Source: Gemmatimonas sp.
GTDB lineage: Bacteria > Gemmatimonadota > Gemmatimonadetes > Gemmatimonadales > Gemmatimonadaceae
DNA length: 64,000 nucleotides
Direction: 5' to 3'
Assembly (NCBI GenBank): GCA_031414535.1
Contig: JANNVQ010000014.1
Span: forward strand, 224,001-288,000
Below, in pieces: positions 8,376 through 17,373 of the stretch. Made by a program: the position numbers and the translations under genes. The notes under the pieces are model-generated. The model was not told the DNA's origin. It did not search any database and was given only the letters and a program-made list of their open reading frames with translations. Positions within the stretch are counted from its first letter, which is position 1. Each line of letters starts with the position of its first letter.

Positions 8376-10109
8376 ATGACCCGCATTTTCGTCCGTGCAG
8401 GCAGAGATACTCGGCCCGACGCTCCAGCAGACGCGGAGGCCTTGGGCTGGTGCGTGGTCGCAGACGCGACGCTGTACTACCAGACTGACTTGCGGTCGCG
8501 CATCGGCGGCACGGCAGGAAGTTCTGCCGAGCTCATCGCTCAAGCCATCGCGAAGGACTCACAACGTGCCCTCGACTGGCTCGAGGGTGATTTTGCGTTT
8601 GTCGCGTGGAAGCAAGACAGCGGCGAGATCATCGCCGCACGTGACTTCTCCGGCAAGCGTCCGCTCTTTTACGCCTCCGCGCCAGACGGTCTACTACTGG
8701 CAAGCGACGTCAGGGCACTACTCGCTGACCCAGCGGTCGACCGACGCATTGACCTCGCCCGGGTTGCCTCAGTGGCGGCCGGACTCTGGGCCCACGGTAG
8801 CGCCACGGGATACCAGGGTATTCACGAGCTCCCGGCCGGCTCCGTGTTGCGCTGGCGGCCCGGCAGCGCAGCGAGCATCACGCCGCACTGGAAGACACCC
8901 GAGCACATCGAAACGCGCCGCCAGCCACTCGACGAGGCCGCCGCAGAGCTGCGCGTCCTCCTCGATGCAGCTGTCCGCGAACGCCTCGCACCGAACGGGC
9001 GCACGGCAGTTTCGTTGAGCGGCGGATGGGACTCTACCGCCGTGTACGGAACCGCCAAAGCGCTCGGCGCGGACGTACACGGGGTAAGCGTCAGCTACCC
9101 TGAGGGCGATCCGGGCCGCGAAGACGAATTCATTCGCGAGGTCACGGCATTCTGGAAGACTTCGCCAGACTTTCTTGACGTTGACGACATCCCGCTCGCC
9201 AGTGATTGGAACGCTGAAGCCGTAGTGCGGCCGCTACCATTTGCACACGTGTATGAGCACTGGAACCGAGCCATCGCTACGCGTGCACGCGCCTCGGGAG
9301 CCACGGTTCTGCTCGACGGAGTCGGTGGCGACCAGCTGTTTCAGTGTGGCGACATCTTCCTCGCGGATTTGCTACGCGGCGGCCAATGGCTCGAGGCCGT
9401 ACATCAAGTGCGGCGACCAGACCGCACTCACGACTGGGCGCGTTTGAAGACTTGGGGCGTTGAGCCGCTGCTACCCGCGTGGTGGCGAGCACGGCGAGCG
9501 CGCCAGCAGAACCGCTTGTTCACTCAAGACTATCTCGAGCGCCTGCCGCCGCGATGGTTTCGGCACAGCTTTCTCCGCGAACATCAGCTCCTTGAACGTG
9601 AGCGCGCGGCACGGCCGCTGCGCCGCACGAGTTCTTTCGTGATGGCTGAAGCGCAGGCCTACATCGAGTTCGCGTACTTTCCCCGCGTGTTCGCGCTACT
9701 CAGCGGATTCGTGGCGGATGCCGGGCTAGAACTTCGCTCGCCCTTGCTCGATCAACGTCTGGTGCGGTTTGCGCTCCAGCGTCCGTGGAGCGACCGGGTG
9801 GATGGCGCTGAGACCAAGAACTTGCTCCGTCGCGCCATGCGCGGACGCCTGCCCGACAGCGTCCTCGCGCCGCGCCCACATCGCACTGGCACAACAAACG
9901 GCTATTTTCTACGCAGGCTTCGCGCGGACGCTTGGCCCGTGGCCCGCACACAGTTCAGTACGCTCCGCCTCGGCGAACTCGGGATCGTGGACCCACACGA
10001 ACTCGAGCGTGCGTGGCAGCACCTCCTCGAGCATGACGACGGCGAGCTCGCCGCACGGTTGTTCTTCACGTTCGCCACTGAACTCTGGCTTCGCTCACAT
10101 CATCCGTGA
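8376..10109 (+). CDS. Lasso cyclase (asparagine-synthetase-like C protein)
   Basis: GDFAFVAW, ARDFSGKRPLFY, ATP-binding SLSGGWDS, DGVGGDQLF, SPLLD; no N-terminal glutaminase Cys; adjacent to B1 and B2. Confidence 0.9.
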   Translation: MTRIFVRAGRDTRPDAPADAEALGWCVVADATLYYQTDLRSRIGGTAGSSAELIAQAIAKDSQRALDWLEGDFAFVAWKQDSGEIIAARDFSGKRPLFYASAPDGLLLASDVRALLADPAVDRRIDLARVASVAAGLWAHGSATGYQGIHELPAGSVLRWRPGSAASITPHWKTPEHIETRRQPLDEAAAELRVLLDAAVRERLAPNGRTAVSLSGGWDSTAVYGTAKALGADVHGVSVSYPEGDPGREDEFIREVTAFWKTSPDFLDVDDIPLASDWNAEAVVRPLPFAHVYEHWNRAIATRARASGATVLLDGVGGDQLFQCGDIFLADLLRGGQWLEAVHQVRRPDRTHDWARLKTWGVEPLLPAWWRARRARQQNRLFTQDYLERLPPRWFRHSFLREHQLLERERAARPLRRTSSFVMAEAQAYIEFAYFPRVFALLSGFVADAGLELRSPLLDQRLVRFALQRPWSDRVDGAETKNLLRRAMRGRLPDSVLAPRPHRTGTTNGYFLRRLRADAWPVARTQFSTLRLGELGIVDPHELERAWQHLLEHDDGELAARLFFTFATELWLRSHHP

Positions 10110-11041
10110 CCTCGCGTTATCTCGCCTTCGGCAGTCTGATGGAATCCGACATCGCCTTCCCCGACCTCGCGCTGGGTGGCGAGGGCGATGTACGCTGGCG
10201 AGTGTCGCACGTCGAGGCGCTCGCGCCGATGCACGAGCCGTGCGAACTTGGCCGCGAGACAATCTACGATGCCGTGGCCGCAACGCTCTACGCGCATCGT
10301 GACGGCCGTCGCATCGTGGTGGATGACACCGGCAGCTTCGACCTGCTGGCCGACGGCAGAATCCTCGTGGCTCCACTCGCCACGGCATCGGAAGCCTTCA
10401 TCAGGGCGCACATCCTTGGCCGCGTCCTTGCCACGGCTCTGCACACAGATGGCTGGTTGCCCTTGCACGCGAGCGCCGTGCTCACACGCGAGGGCGTGGT
10501 AGCGTTTCTTGGACCCAAGGGGATGGGAAAGTCCTCCTTGGCCGCGGCGATGGTCGAGGCAGGCGCACAGCTTGTCACGGATGACACGCTGCCCTGCCAA
10601 GCCAGCACGCCCCCCCGCGCTTGGCCAGGCATTCAGGCCTTGCGTGTACGAGACGATGTGCGCGAGGCCCTCCACCTACAGAACGGTAATCCGCTCGACG
10701 TCGACGCCCGACGCTTTTTGGTGTCGCTGGGCGCCGAGCGCCGCTCCCATAAGCCTGAGCCGCTGGCTGCTTTGTTTTTACTTGCGCCCGCCGAAGATGA
10801 ATTGCGTGCAGAGGCCGCCGTGCGCACGCCATTCGCACCCGTGCTTGGCGCGGCCGCCATCACCGCGCACGTGAAGTCCGGCGCAATGTTCGGCCCTGCC
10901 GCCGCTCCCGCGATGCTCGCACGCGCCGCGCAGATGGTGCACCTCGTGCCGGTGAATCAACTGTCCATCGTGCGCGACCTCGCGCGACTTCCCCAAGTCG
11001 CACAGACGGTCCTCGATTGGTACGGGGGTCCGCCGCGGTGA
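10106..11041 (+). CDS. HprK-related kinase (lasso peptide kinase-like), copy 1
   Basis: LHASAV, Walker A GPKGMGKS, TDD; GTGA overlap with the cyclase. Confidence 0.85.
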   Translation: MTSRYLAFGSLMESDIAFPDLALGGEGDVRWRVSHVEALAPMHEPCELGRETIYDAVAATLYAHRDGRRIVVDDTGSFDLLADGRILVAPLATASEAFIRAHILGRVLATALHTDGWLPLHASAVLTREGVVAFLGPKGMGKSSLAAAMVEAGAQLVTDDTLPCQASTPPRAWPGIQALRVRDDVREALHLQNGNPLDVDARRFLVSLGAERRSHKPEPLAALFLLAPAEDELRAEAAVRTPFAPVLGAAAITAHVKSGAMFGPAAAPAMLARAAQMVHLVPVNQLSIVRDLARLPQVAQTVLDWYGGPPR

Positions 11042-11925
11042 TTGTCCAAGTGGACGGCATCGGCAAATCTTTTGCCGTGACGCCAGGCTGGGCCGCGCTC
11101 GTGCGAGCGCGAGCGGAGCCACGCCGTGTACTCGATGCGGTCAGCTTCTCCGTGAAGGAAGGCGAGATCTTCGGCTTGCTCGGCCCCAATGGCGCCGGCA
11201 AAACCACACTGTTCAAGATTCTCGCAACCTTGTTGGCTTCGGACGAAGGTGAGGCGCACATCGGTGGCTTCTCGGTGAGCGACGACGCGGCAAGTGCGCG
11301 AGCCTTGATTGCGCCGGTGCTGGCGAATGAGCGCTCGCTCTACTGGCGATTGTCCGCGTACGAGAACCTGCGGCTGTACGCCGTGCTCCAAGGTTTGGCG
11401 GCGCATCAGGTGGATGCGGAGATCACGCGCGTGCTCGCGGCCACTGGGCTCAGCGATACCCCGCCTGCAATGGTTGGCACTTTTTCGTCGGGCATGCGCC
11501 AGCGACTGCTTATTGCGCGCGCGCTCCTAGGACGTCCACGCGTGTTGTTACTCGACGAACCCACGCGTAGTCTCGACCCCATCTCGGCGCGCGACTTCCG
11601 TCGCTTCCTCCGTGATTCAGTAGTCCGCGCGGAAGGCTGCACAGTACTGCTCGCCACGCACGATGCCGGTGATGCCTGGGAGCTGTGCGATCGCGTGGCC
11701 GTGCTGCATCGCGGTCAACTCCTCGCCGTTGATGAGACCACCAAGCTGCGCGCGCGATTCGGCGGGCCCCAGCATGCCTTGATTGTGAACTCCGCGGAGA
11801 GAGATCACGCTCGAGCACTCTTAGAAGCCGGCGGAGTGAGCGTCATGCAGGAAGCCCCGCACGCCGCATCGCTGGCCGAACTCATTGAGCGGGCCATCGC
11901 CGATGCAGGGGCTCCGCATGCGTAA
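11038..11925 (+). CDS. ABC transporter ATP-binding protein
   Basis: GPNGAGKTT, FSSGMRQ, LLLDEP and ATH motifs. Confidence 0.95.
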   Translation: MIVQVDGIGKSFAVTPGWAALVRARAEPRRVLDAVSFSVKEGEIFGLLGPNGAGKTTLFKILATLLASDEGEAHIGGFSVSDDAASARALIAPVLANERSLYWRLSAYENLRLYAVLQGLAAHQVDAEITRVLAATGLSDTPPAMVGTFSSGMRQRLLIARALLGRPRVLLLDEPTRSLDPISARDFRRFLRDSVVRAEGCTVLLATHDAGDAWELCDRVAVLHRGQLLAVDETTKLRARFGGPQHALIVNSAERDHARALLEAGGVSVMQEAPHAASLAELIERAIADAGAPHA

Positions 11926-12718
11926 AGCGCTCGCCCTCGCACGTGTTGGCTGGTTGAGTGCCACGAGTTATCGCGTGGCCACGTTGCTGCAGTTCGTGGG
12001 AGTACTCGCTACCATCGTGCCGGTGTATTTCGTCTCGCAAGCCATGCAGGAATTGGCTGCCTCGAGCATCCAACGAGAGGGTGGTGCGTACTTCGCGTTC
12101 ATCGTGGTCGGCATCGCGAGTACCTACATCGTCGCTGCGGCGACCACCGCCGTGTCGAGCGCGATTGCATCCAACCTCGGCTCCGGTACCTTCGAGGCCT
12201 TGCTTGGCACCCGCGCTTCTATCGTGTCTATCCTGTTTGGACTCTCGCTCCACGACTTGGCGATGTCGGCATTGCGTGCCCTCGCCTTGTTGGTAGGAGC
12301 AGCCGCGTTCGGCGCCGACATCCATTGGTTGGCACTGGTGAGCGTCCTACCAATCGTGGCGCTGGTAGTAGTTGCGTATGCTGGTGTCGGATTGGTAGCG
12401 GGGGCGCTGGTCCTCGCGTTCCGCACCGCCGGTCCGCTCGTCAGCATTACCATTGCACTCTCGGGATTGCTGGGCGGTGCGTACTACTCCACGACCGTCG
12501 TACCTGGCTGGCTGCATCCACTGACGGAGTTCGTACCGCTGACGCACGGACTGCGCGCCACGCGCGCCGTGTTGCTTGGTGGCGAAGGTCTCGCGACCAC
12601 CTGGCCAGATGTTCTGCGCTTGGCGAGTAACGCTCTGTTGCTCGTGACTGCGGGTGTGATTGCCTTCGCATTCGCCCTGCGTCGTGCGCGCGGCAACGGC
12701 TCGCTCTCTCAGTACTGA
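11918..12718 (+). CDS. ABC-2 type exporter permease
   Basis: About six hydrophobic segments; GTFEALL and PLTHGLRATR. Confidence 0.9.
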   Translation: MRKALALARVGWLSATSYRVATLLQFVGVLATIVPVYFVSQAMQELAASSIQREGGAYFAFIVVGIASTYIVAAATTAVSSAIASNLGSGTFEALLGTRASIVSILFGLSLHDLAMSALRALALLVGAAAFGADIHWLALVSVLPIVALVVVAYAGVGLVAGALVLAFRTAGPLVSITIALSGLLGGAYYSTTVVPGWLHPLTEFVPLTHGLRATRAVLLGGEGLATTWPDVLRLASNALLLVTAGVIAFAFALRRARGNGSLSQY

Positions 12719-13902
12719 TGAGCACGCTTTCGCCGTCGCCCGAGCTACGCTTCGTTTTCCGCGCCGCCGATCCTCGCTGCGAAGCGCAGGAGCTGCTCGG
12801 CATCGCCGCGCAGATTCAGGATTGGCAGCGAGTCGCGCGCTTGGCAGAATCGGAAGGTGCGACGGCCGTGCTCTGGCGTATGCTGCGGCCAGTTGCCGCA
12901 CAACTGCCCGCGGAGTTCGTGATTTTCCTGCAGGCACGCACGATGCTCGCGGATTTTCGCATGCAGCGCCTCGCGCAGCGCGCGCAGGAAACCGTGGCTG
13001 CGCTTCGGGCTGCCGGCATTGACGTGCTGCTCCTCAAGGGAGCCGCCGTAGGCGCGCTTTGCGACCCCACGTTTCGTCTGCGACCGATGACGGACGTTGA
13101 TTTGTTGATTGCCGAAGCGGACGCGGAGCGAGCCAAGGCCTGCGTGCTGGGTTTGGATTGGATGGAAATGCCGGAGCCGCGTCTGCGCGAGCTGTTAGTG
13201 GGGCATCAACATCTGCCGCCGTTTGTGGATCCCACGCTCGAGGGCCTGCGGCTCGAACTGCACACGCGTCTACTGCCAGCGGATAGTTCGTTTGCATTGG
13301 TGGCGTCTGATCTCTGGCAACACGCGAACCTGGCACCGCCGCAGTTTGCCGGCGCAAAGGTCCCGGATCTCGCAAGGCTGGCCGTGCACACCGCCGTGCA
13401 TTTCGCATGGCAACACGAGATGCGCTTCGGTCCCTGGCGAACGTTTCGCTCGTTTGCCCTGCTCACGCAGCACGAGAGCTGGGATTGGCAGGCCTTCGTT
13501 GCGATTGGCCGCGACGCGCGGGCCAGCACCTCCTGCTACTGGACGCTGCGGATGGCTCGTACACTCAGTGGTGTCGACGTCCCCCGCGCGGTGTTGGCAG
13601 CGCTCGCGGCACCATCGCCTGAGTTTGTGCGTCGCATCTTGGACCGCCACTTCACGGCCGTCTCCGATCCGCTCGAGCGTCCGCCGTCACCGTCGGATCG
13701 TCTGGCAAGGCTGTTGTGGCGCATGGCCCTGCGCCCGCGATGGAGCGGACACCGCACGGTGAGTCGGTTCGATCCCGAACGACGTTGGGAGCGTGCGTTC
13801 AGTGAGACGGCTGAGCCGGCGAGCATGTCGCGCGTCAGGCGCCACGTCGGAGTTCGTGGAGACTGGTGGGCTTTTCTCACGCGTACGATTGCGGGGCGAT
13901 AG
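12718..13902 (+). CDS. Nucleotidyltransferase family protein (NTP_transf_5-like, lasso-cluster type)
   Basis: LLKGAA...RPMTDVDLL and LELH motifs. Confidence 0.85.
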   Translation: MSTLSPSPELRFVFRAADPRCEAQELLGIAAQIQDWQRVARLAESEGATAVLWRMLRPVAAQLPAEFVIFLQARTMLADFRMQRLAQRAQETVAALRAAGIDVLLLKGAAVGALCDPTFRLRPMTDVDLLIAEADAERAKACVLGLDWMEMPEPRLRELLVGHQHLPPFVDPTLEGLRLELHTRLLPADSSFALVASDLWQHANLAPPQFAGAKVPDLARLAVHTAVHFAWQHEMRFGPWRTFRSFALLTQHESWDWQAFVAIGRDARASTSCYWTLRMARTLSGVDVPRAVLAALAAPSPEFVRRILDRHFTAVSDPLERPPSPSDRLARLLWRMALRPRWSGHRTVSRFDPERRWERAFSETAEPASMSRVRRHVGVRGDWWAFLTRTIAGR

Positions 13903-13913
13903 CGGCGCGAACT

Positions 13914-16262
13914 TTACGGACGGTCTACAAGACGTTCGAGTCGCTCAAGACGTGCCTTCAGGTCGTTCACTTCCGAGCGCAGTGTAGCGTTCTCGGCCTT
14001 CAAGGCATCAGAACGCAGAATGAGTTGCTGGACGGCAAAGAGATTGATGCCGTCAATGTCCACGAGCGTGATGGTGCGATCGCTGGTGCCGAGTCCGAAC
14101 GCCGCGCGAAAGTCCTGCGCGGTAGGTCCGACGTGACGCACGCTCGCGTTTTCCGTGGTGTAGCTCCACTCCTCGATTGGCATCGTGCGGATGCTTGAGA
14201 GCACCTGCTCGCCGTCGAGTGCAGTGAAGCTCTGCTTGCGATTGCGGTCGGAGAGGGAGGTCCATGAGCCGCTGCCTGGCGTGAGTTCGACACCGCTCGT
14301 CATGGCGCTGTTGGAATAGAGCGTATAGCCACCAGCTGCGCGCACGACGAACTGATTGTCTGCAGCGGCCGTCACGTTGGTGGTGGTCGAGTTGTCGCCG
14401 AAGACCAGTGCACCCTCTCGTCCGTTTGTTGAAGCCGCTGATCCGAGGGCGACGGATTGAATGCCGCTCGCGATTACATCCACGCCGATGGCCACCGCGC
14501 CAAGAGCAGATGCCTGAGGACCGAGCCCGATTGCGACGGATCCGACACCGGATGACTGGGAGGAGTTGCCGAGGGCGATGCTGCCGGTGTTAGATGCGGT
14601 GGTGAGGTATCCCACGGAGAAGGCAGCCAGTCCGCTCGCGACCGTAGTGCTTCCCATCGCAATCGAGTTTTCTCCGGTGGCCTGCGTTGAGAAGCCGAGC
14701 GAAACTGCCGACGCGGCCGTGGCGCGAGCGAGACTGCCAATCGCGAGGCTCGCCTCGCCACTGGCTAGCGTGTTGTTGCCGAACGCGGTGGAGTAGAGGC
14801 CGATGTTGGCATCGTTCCACTCGCTTAGAGTTCCAGCGTTATCGAGGCGTCCAGCGCGAATCGAGGCCTTGCGCGGATACCACAGGAAGCGCGAGCCCGT
14901 ACCAGCCGGCGCCAAATCGCCTGAGTTGATCGCGCCGCCCGTGGCCAAAATCGGGTTCGTGCCGATGGTGAGGCCGAGCGCTGAAATACGACCGGCCGCG
15001 AACGCACCATCCGCATCACGCTGCACGATTGCATCCGCGGTGTTCAGCGCCGTACCTGAGGCGTTTGTGCCGGCGGGCCCTTGTGGGCCGACGTCTCCCT
15101 GGAGTCCCTGAATTCCCTGAATCCCTTGAATTCCCTGCGGGCCAGCAGGGCCGGTTTCGCCCGTGGCTCCGGAATCACCTTGAACACCTTGAAGGCCCTG
15201 AAGGCCCTGCGGTCCCTGAGGACCTGCAGGGCCGGTGGCACCCGCTGCACCTGCAGGACCAGCGTCTCCTTGGATTCCTTGTGGGCCCTGAGGGCCGGTG
15301 GCACCGGTCAGGCCTTGAAGACCCTGAGCGCCCTGCGGGCCGGCTGGGCCCGTCGCGCCCGCGGCTCCGGAATCGCCTTGAACCCCCTGTAGGCCCTGTA
15401 GTCCTTGCGGACCCACAGGACCTGCCGGCCCTGTGGCACCTACGGCACCAGCAGGACCAGCATCTCCTTGGGCACCTTGTGGGCCCTGAGGGCCGGTAGC
15501 ACCGGTCAGGCCTTGAAGACCCTGAGCGCCCTGCGGGCCAGTCGCACCGGCAGCGCCAGCGGGACCAGCGTCGCCTTGAAGACCCTGAAGACCCTGGGGA
15601 CCAATAGCGCCAGCCGGCCCAGTCAGACCCTGCGGCCCGGCAGGACCAACCGCGCCGGCAGCTCCAGCTGGACCAACATCCCCTTGAAGACCCTGGAGAC
15701 CCTGCGGTCCCTGCGGGCCAGCGGCACCAGTCGCGCCGGCCGTGCCCGTGGGTCCGGTTAAACCCTGCGGCCCGGCAGGGCCAGCAGGACCAACTTCACC
15801 CTGCAATCCCTGCGCACCCGGAACGCCTGGAACACCCTGCGGTCCCTGCGGTCCCTGAGGTCCCTGAGGTCCAATCGCGCCCGCCGCGCCAGCCACACCC
15901 GCTGCACCAGCCACACCCTGCGGACCCGTTGCACCCTGCGCACCAGCCGGACCCTGCGGCCCCACCGGACCCTCAGACGTCCACGTAAACAGCACGTGCG
16001 TCGTCGCCACACAAGTCGTCGGCAGCCCCGCCGCGCCGACTCGATACACCGTGCCCGTCGTCGGCACGAAACACGCACGCAGAGTATCCGCCACGATCAA
16101 GGCGCCGGAGAACGCTGCACCGGCTCCTGCCATCGCAAACGAGGAGGAGGCGCTCAGGGAAACACCGAGCACCGCGGCAATTCCAAGCGCCGTGCCACGA
16201 AAGGTTGTGCGAAGTCGAGTAGACAACTGAAAGCTTCCTGCGAAAAGGGAGTTGAGCGACAT
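13914..16262 (-). CDS. Secreted collagen-like fibre protein with YadA-like head repeats and C-terminal peptidase S74 intramolecular chaperone domain
   Basis: Hydrophobic N-terminus; two-Cys cap; 101 Gly-X-Y triplets; 14-residue ASGxxSxAxG repeats; SDRNRK...HVGPTAQDF...coiled coil. Confidence 0.9.
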   Translation of the reverse strand: MSLNSLFAGSFQLSTRLRTTFRGTALGIAAVLGVSLSASSSFAMAGAGAAFSGALIVADTLRACFVPTTGTVYRVGAAGLPTTCVATTHVLFTWTSEGPVGPQGPAGAQGATGPQGVAGAAGVAGAAGAIGPQGPQGPQGPQGVPGVPGAQGLQGEVGPAGPAGPQGLTGPTGTAGATGAAGPQGPQGLQGLQGDVGPAGAAGAVGPAGPQGLTGPAGAIGPQGLQGLQGDAGPAGAAGATGPQGAQGLQGLTGATGPQGPQGAQGDAGPAGAVGATGPAGPVGPQGLQGLQGVQGDSGAAGATGPAGPQGAQGLQGLTGATGPQGPQGIQGDAGPAGAAGATGPAGPQGPQGLQGLQGVQGDSGATGETGPAGPQGIQGIQGIQGLQGDVGPQGPAGTNASGTALNTADAIVQRDADGAFAAGRISALGLTIGTNPILATGGAINSGDLAPAGTGSRFLWYPRKASIRAGRLDNAGTLSEWNDANIGLYSTAFGNNTLASGEASLAIGSLARATAASAVSLGFSTQATGENSIAMGSTTVASGLAAFSVGYLTTASNTGSIALGNSSQSSGVGSVAIGLGPQASALGAVAIGVDVIASGIQSVALGSAASTNGREGALVFGDNSTTTNVTAAADNQFVVRAAGGYTLYSNSAMTSGVELTPGSGSWTSLSDRNRKQSFTALDGEQVLSSIRTMPIEEWSYTTENASVRHVGPTAQDFRAAFGLGTSDRTITLVDIDGINLFAVQQLILRSDALKAENATLRSEVNDLKARLERLERLVDRP
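15063..15971 (-). repeat. Uninterrupted collagen repeat, 101 Gly-X-Y triplets (909 bp)
   Basis: Counted from GPV to GTN; 909 nt = 303 aa. Confidence 0.95.
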
Positions 16263-16296
16263 CTCTTGGGAAACACGGCGCCACGGATCGCGAACT

Positions 16297-16689
16297 TCAG
16301 CCGTTCACAATCCAGGTCCGAGCGAACTGCAACGTGAGACGGAGCACTTCTACTTCGGGCGCCTTATCCGCGCTCGCGCCGCCAGCCAAAGTGTTGAAGG
16401 CCTGCACAGTCGCATTGAATGCCGTGCACGCAGCGGCGCGATCTGCCACGGCTACCGCCGACTCAAGCGCCGCGAGTTGGACGTCCACTGCGGGCGGCGC
16501 GGCCAGCGTCGGGAGCACACGGTCGCGCGCATCCTCTAACGCCGGACGTAGCGCCGCAGCGTTCGTGACCGTGTGCTGGAGAGGGGTGCCCAGTGCGAGA
16601 GCCGTACAATCAATTTGCGGCTCCGTTGGCGCTTCCGTACAGGCGGCGAGCCCGGCAAGCAACGCGAGGCCGAGCAGTCGACTTTTCAC
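16297..16689 (-). CDS. Small helical lipoprotein upstream of the collagen fibre gene
   Basis: [17 protein letters not shown] lipobox; GTG start; two further Cys residues. Confidence 0.75.
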   Translation of the reverse strand: MKSRLLGLALLAGLAACTEAPTEPQIDCTALALGTPLQHTVTNAAALRPALEDARDRVLPTLAAPPAVDVQLAALESAVAVADRAAACTAFNATVQAFNTLAGGASADKAPEVEVLRLTLQFARTWIVNG

Positions 16690-16861
16690 TTAGATTTTTC
16701 TGTGATGGATTGCGGGAGAGAACCGTCTTGCTGTCCAGTATGCAATCTCCGTGCTGGAACCTAGCCGAGCCGTATCGGCCAGCACACCACGGGCTTGGGC
16801 AATCGGCAACCCATTCCTGGGCGCCAACGGGCCTCGACTTGTTGATGCGTGTGCACATAGT

Positions 16862-16879
16862 TGTTGCGAGAAAGCAACA
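16862..16879. promoter_or_regulatory. Inverted repeat TGTTGC-N6-GCAACA (TGT-N12-ACA), candidate enhancer-binding-protein site
   Basis: Perfect 6-bp arms about 115 bp upstream of a sigma54-like promoter. Confidence 0.45.
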
Positions 16880-16992
16880 GTCCCGTGCGTGATGTGGGTC
16901 ACGCGGGGGATCCTGGAGCCGTCACTGTCGCTTAAACTATTGTACAGCAAAGCTTTAAATATCACCGCTATAATTTCTCATCCGTGCTTGAG

Positions 16993-17009
16993 TCGGCATC
17001 AGTATTGCA
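16993..17009 (+). promoter_or_regulatory. Sigma54-type -24/-12 promoter for the lasso precursor
   Basis: TCGGCATCAGTATTGCA gives GG-N10-GC, about 50 bp before the start codon. Confidence 0.6.
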
Positions 17010-17057
17010 CTAGTCGTGTCCTGACTGGCCCCCTACTCAGAATTCCAGAGGATGTTG

Positions 17058-17234
17058 ATGTATCAGAAGCCCCAGCTCCAGAAGTTCGGTACCTTCCGCG
17101 AGCTCACACTCCTCGGTCTCAATAGCTCCACCGATGGCGCCGTCATTTTCGGCATCGGATCCCCAGGTTGCTCCACCACCATCGGGAAATGGACTTGGGA
17201 AATTGGCTGCCCTTCCGGGCCGCGCTCCTCCTGA
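17058..17234 (+). CDS. Lasso peptide precursor (58 aa)
   Basis: Leader YQKPQL (YxxPxL) and GxxxELT; Asp at core position 7/8; RBS AGAGGA; own terminator. Confidence 0.9.
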   Translation: MYQKPQLQKFGTFRELTLLGLNSSTDGAVIFGIGSPGCSTTIGKWTWEIGCPSGPRSS

Positions 17235-17272
17235 ACCAGCGGCACATCGCGTAAACCTCAGTTTGCGCCACC

Positions 17273-17311
17273 ACGAGCCCCGAGCCTCTCGCTCCGGGCT
17301 CGTTTTTCTTT
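17273..17311 (+). terminator. Intrinsic terminator after the precursor gene
   Basis: ACGAGCCCCGAGC / GCTCCGGGCTCGT stem (one mismatch) followed by TTTTCTTT. Confidence 0.8.
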
Positions 17312-17373
17312 CCCCGCCGCGACAGCATACTTCCCCAGTCGCGTTGCGCCCATAATTCCCCCGCTCCACCACG

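Noticed and set aside
8376..10109. Housekeeping asparagine synthetase asnB
   Set aside because: It lacks the N-terminal catalytic Cys and sits in lasso context.
13914..16262. Prophage tail fibre or prophage remnant
   Set aside because: No other phage genes or integrase; the protein has an export-like N-terminus.
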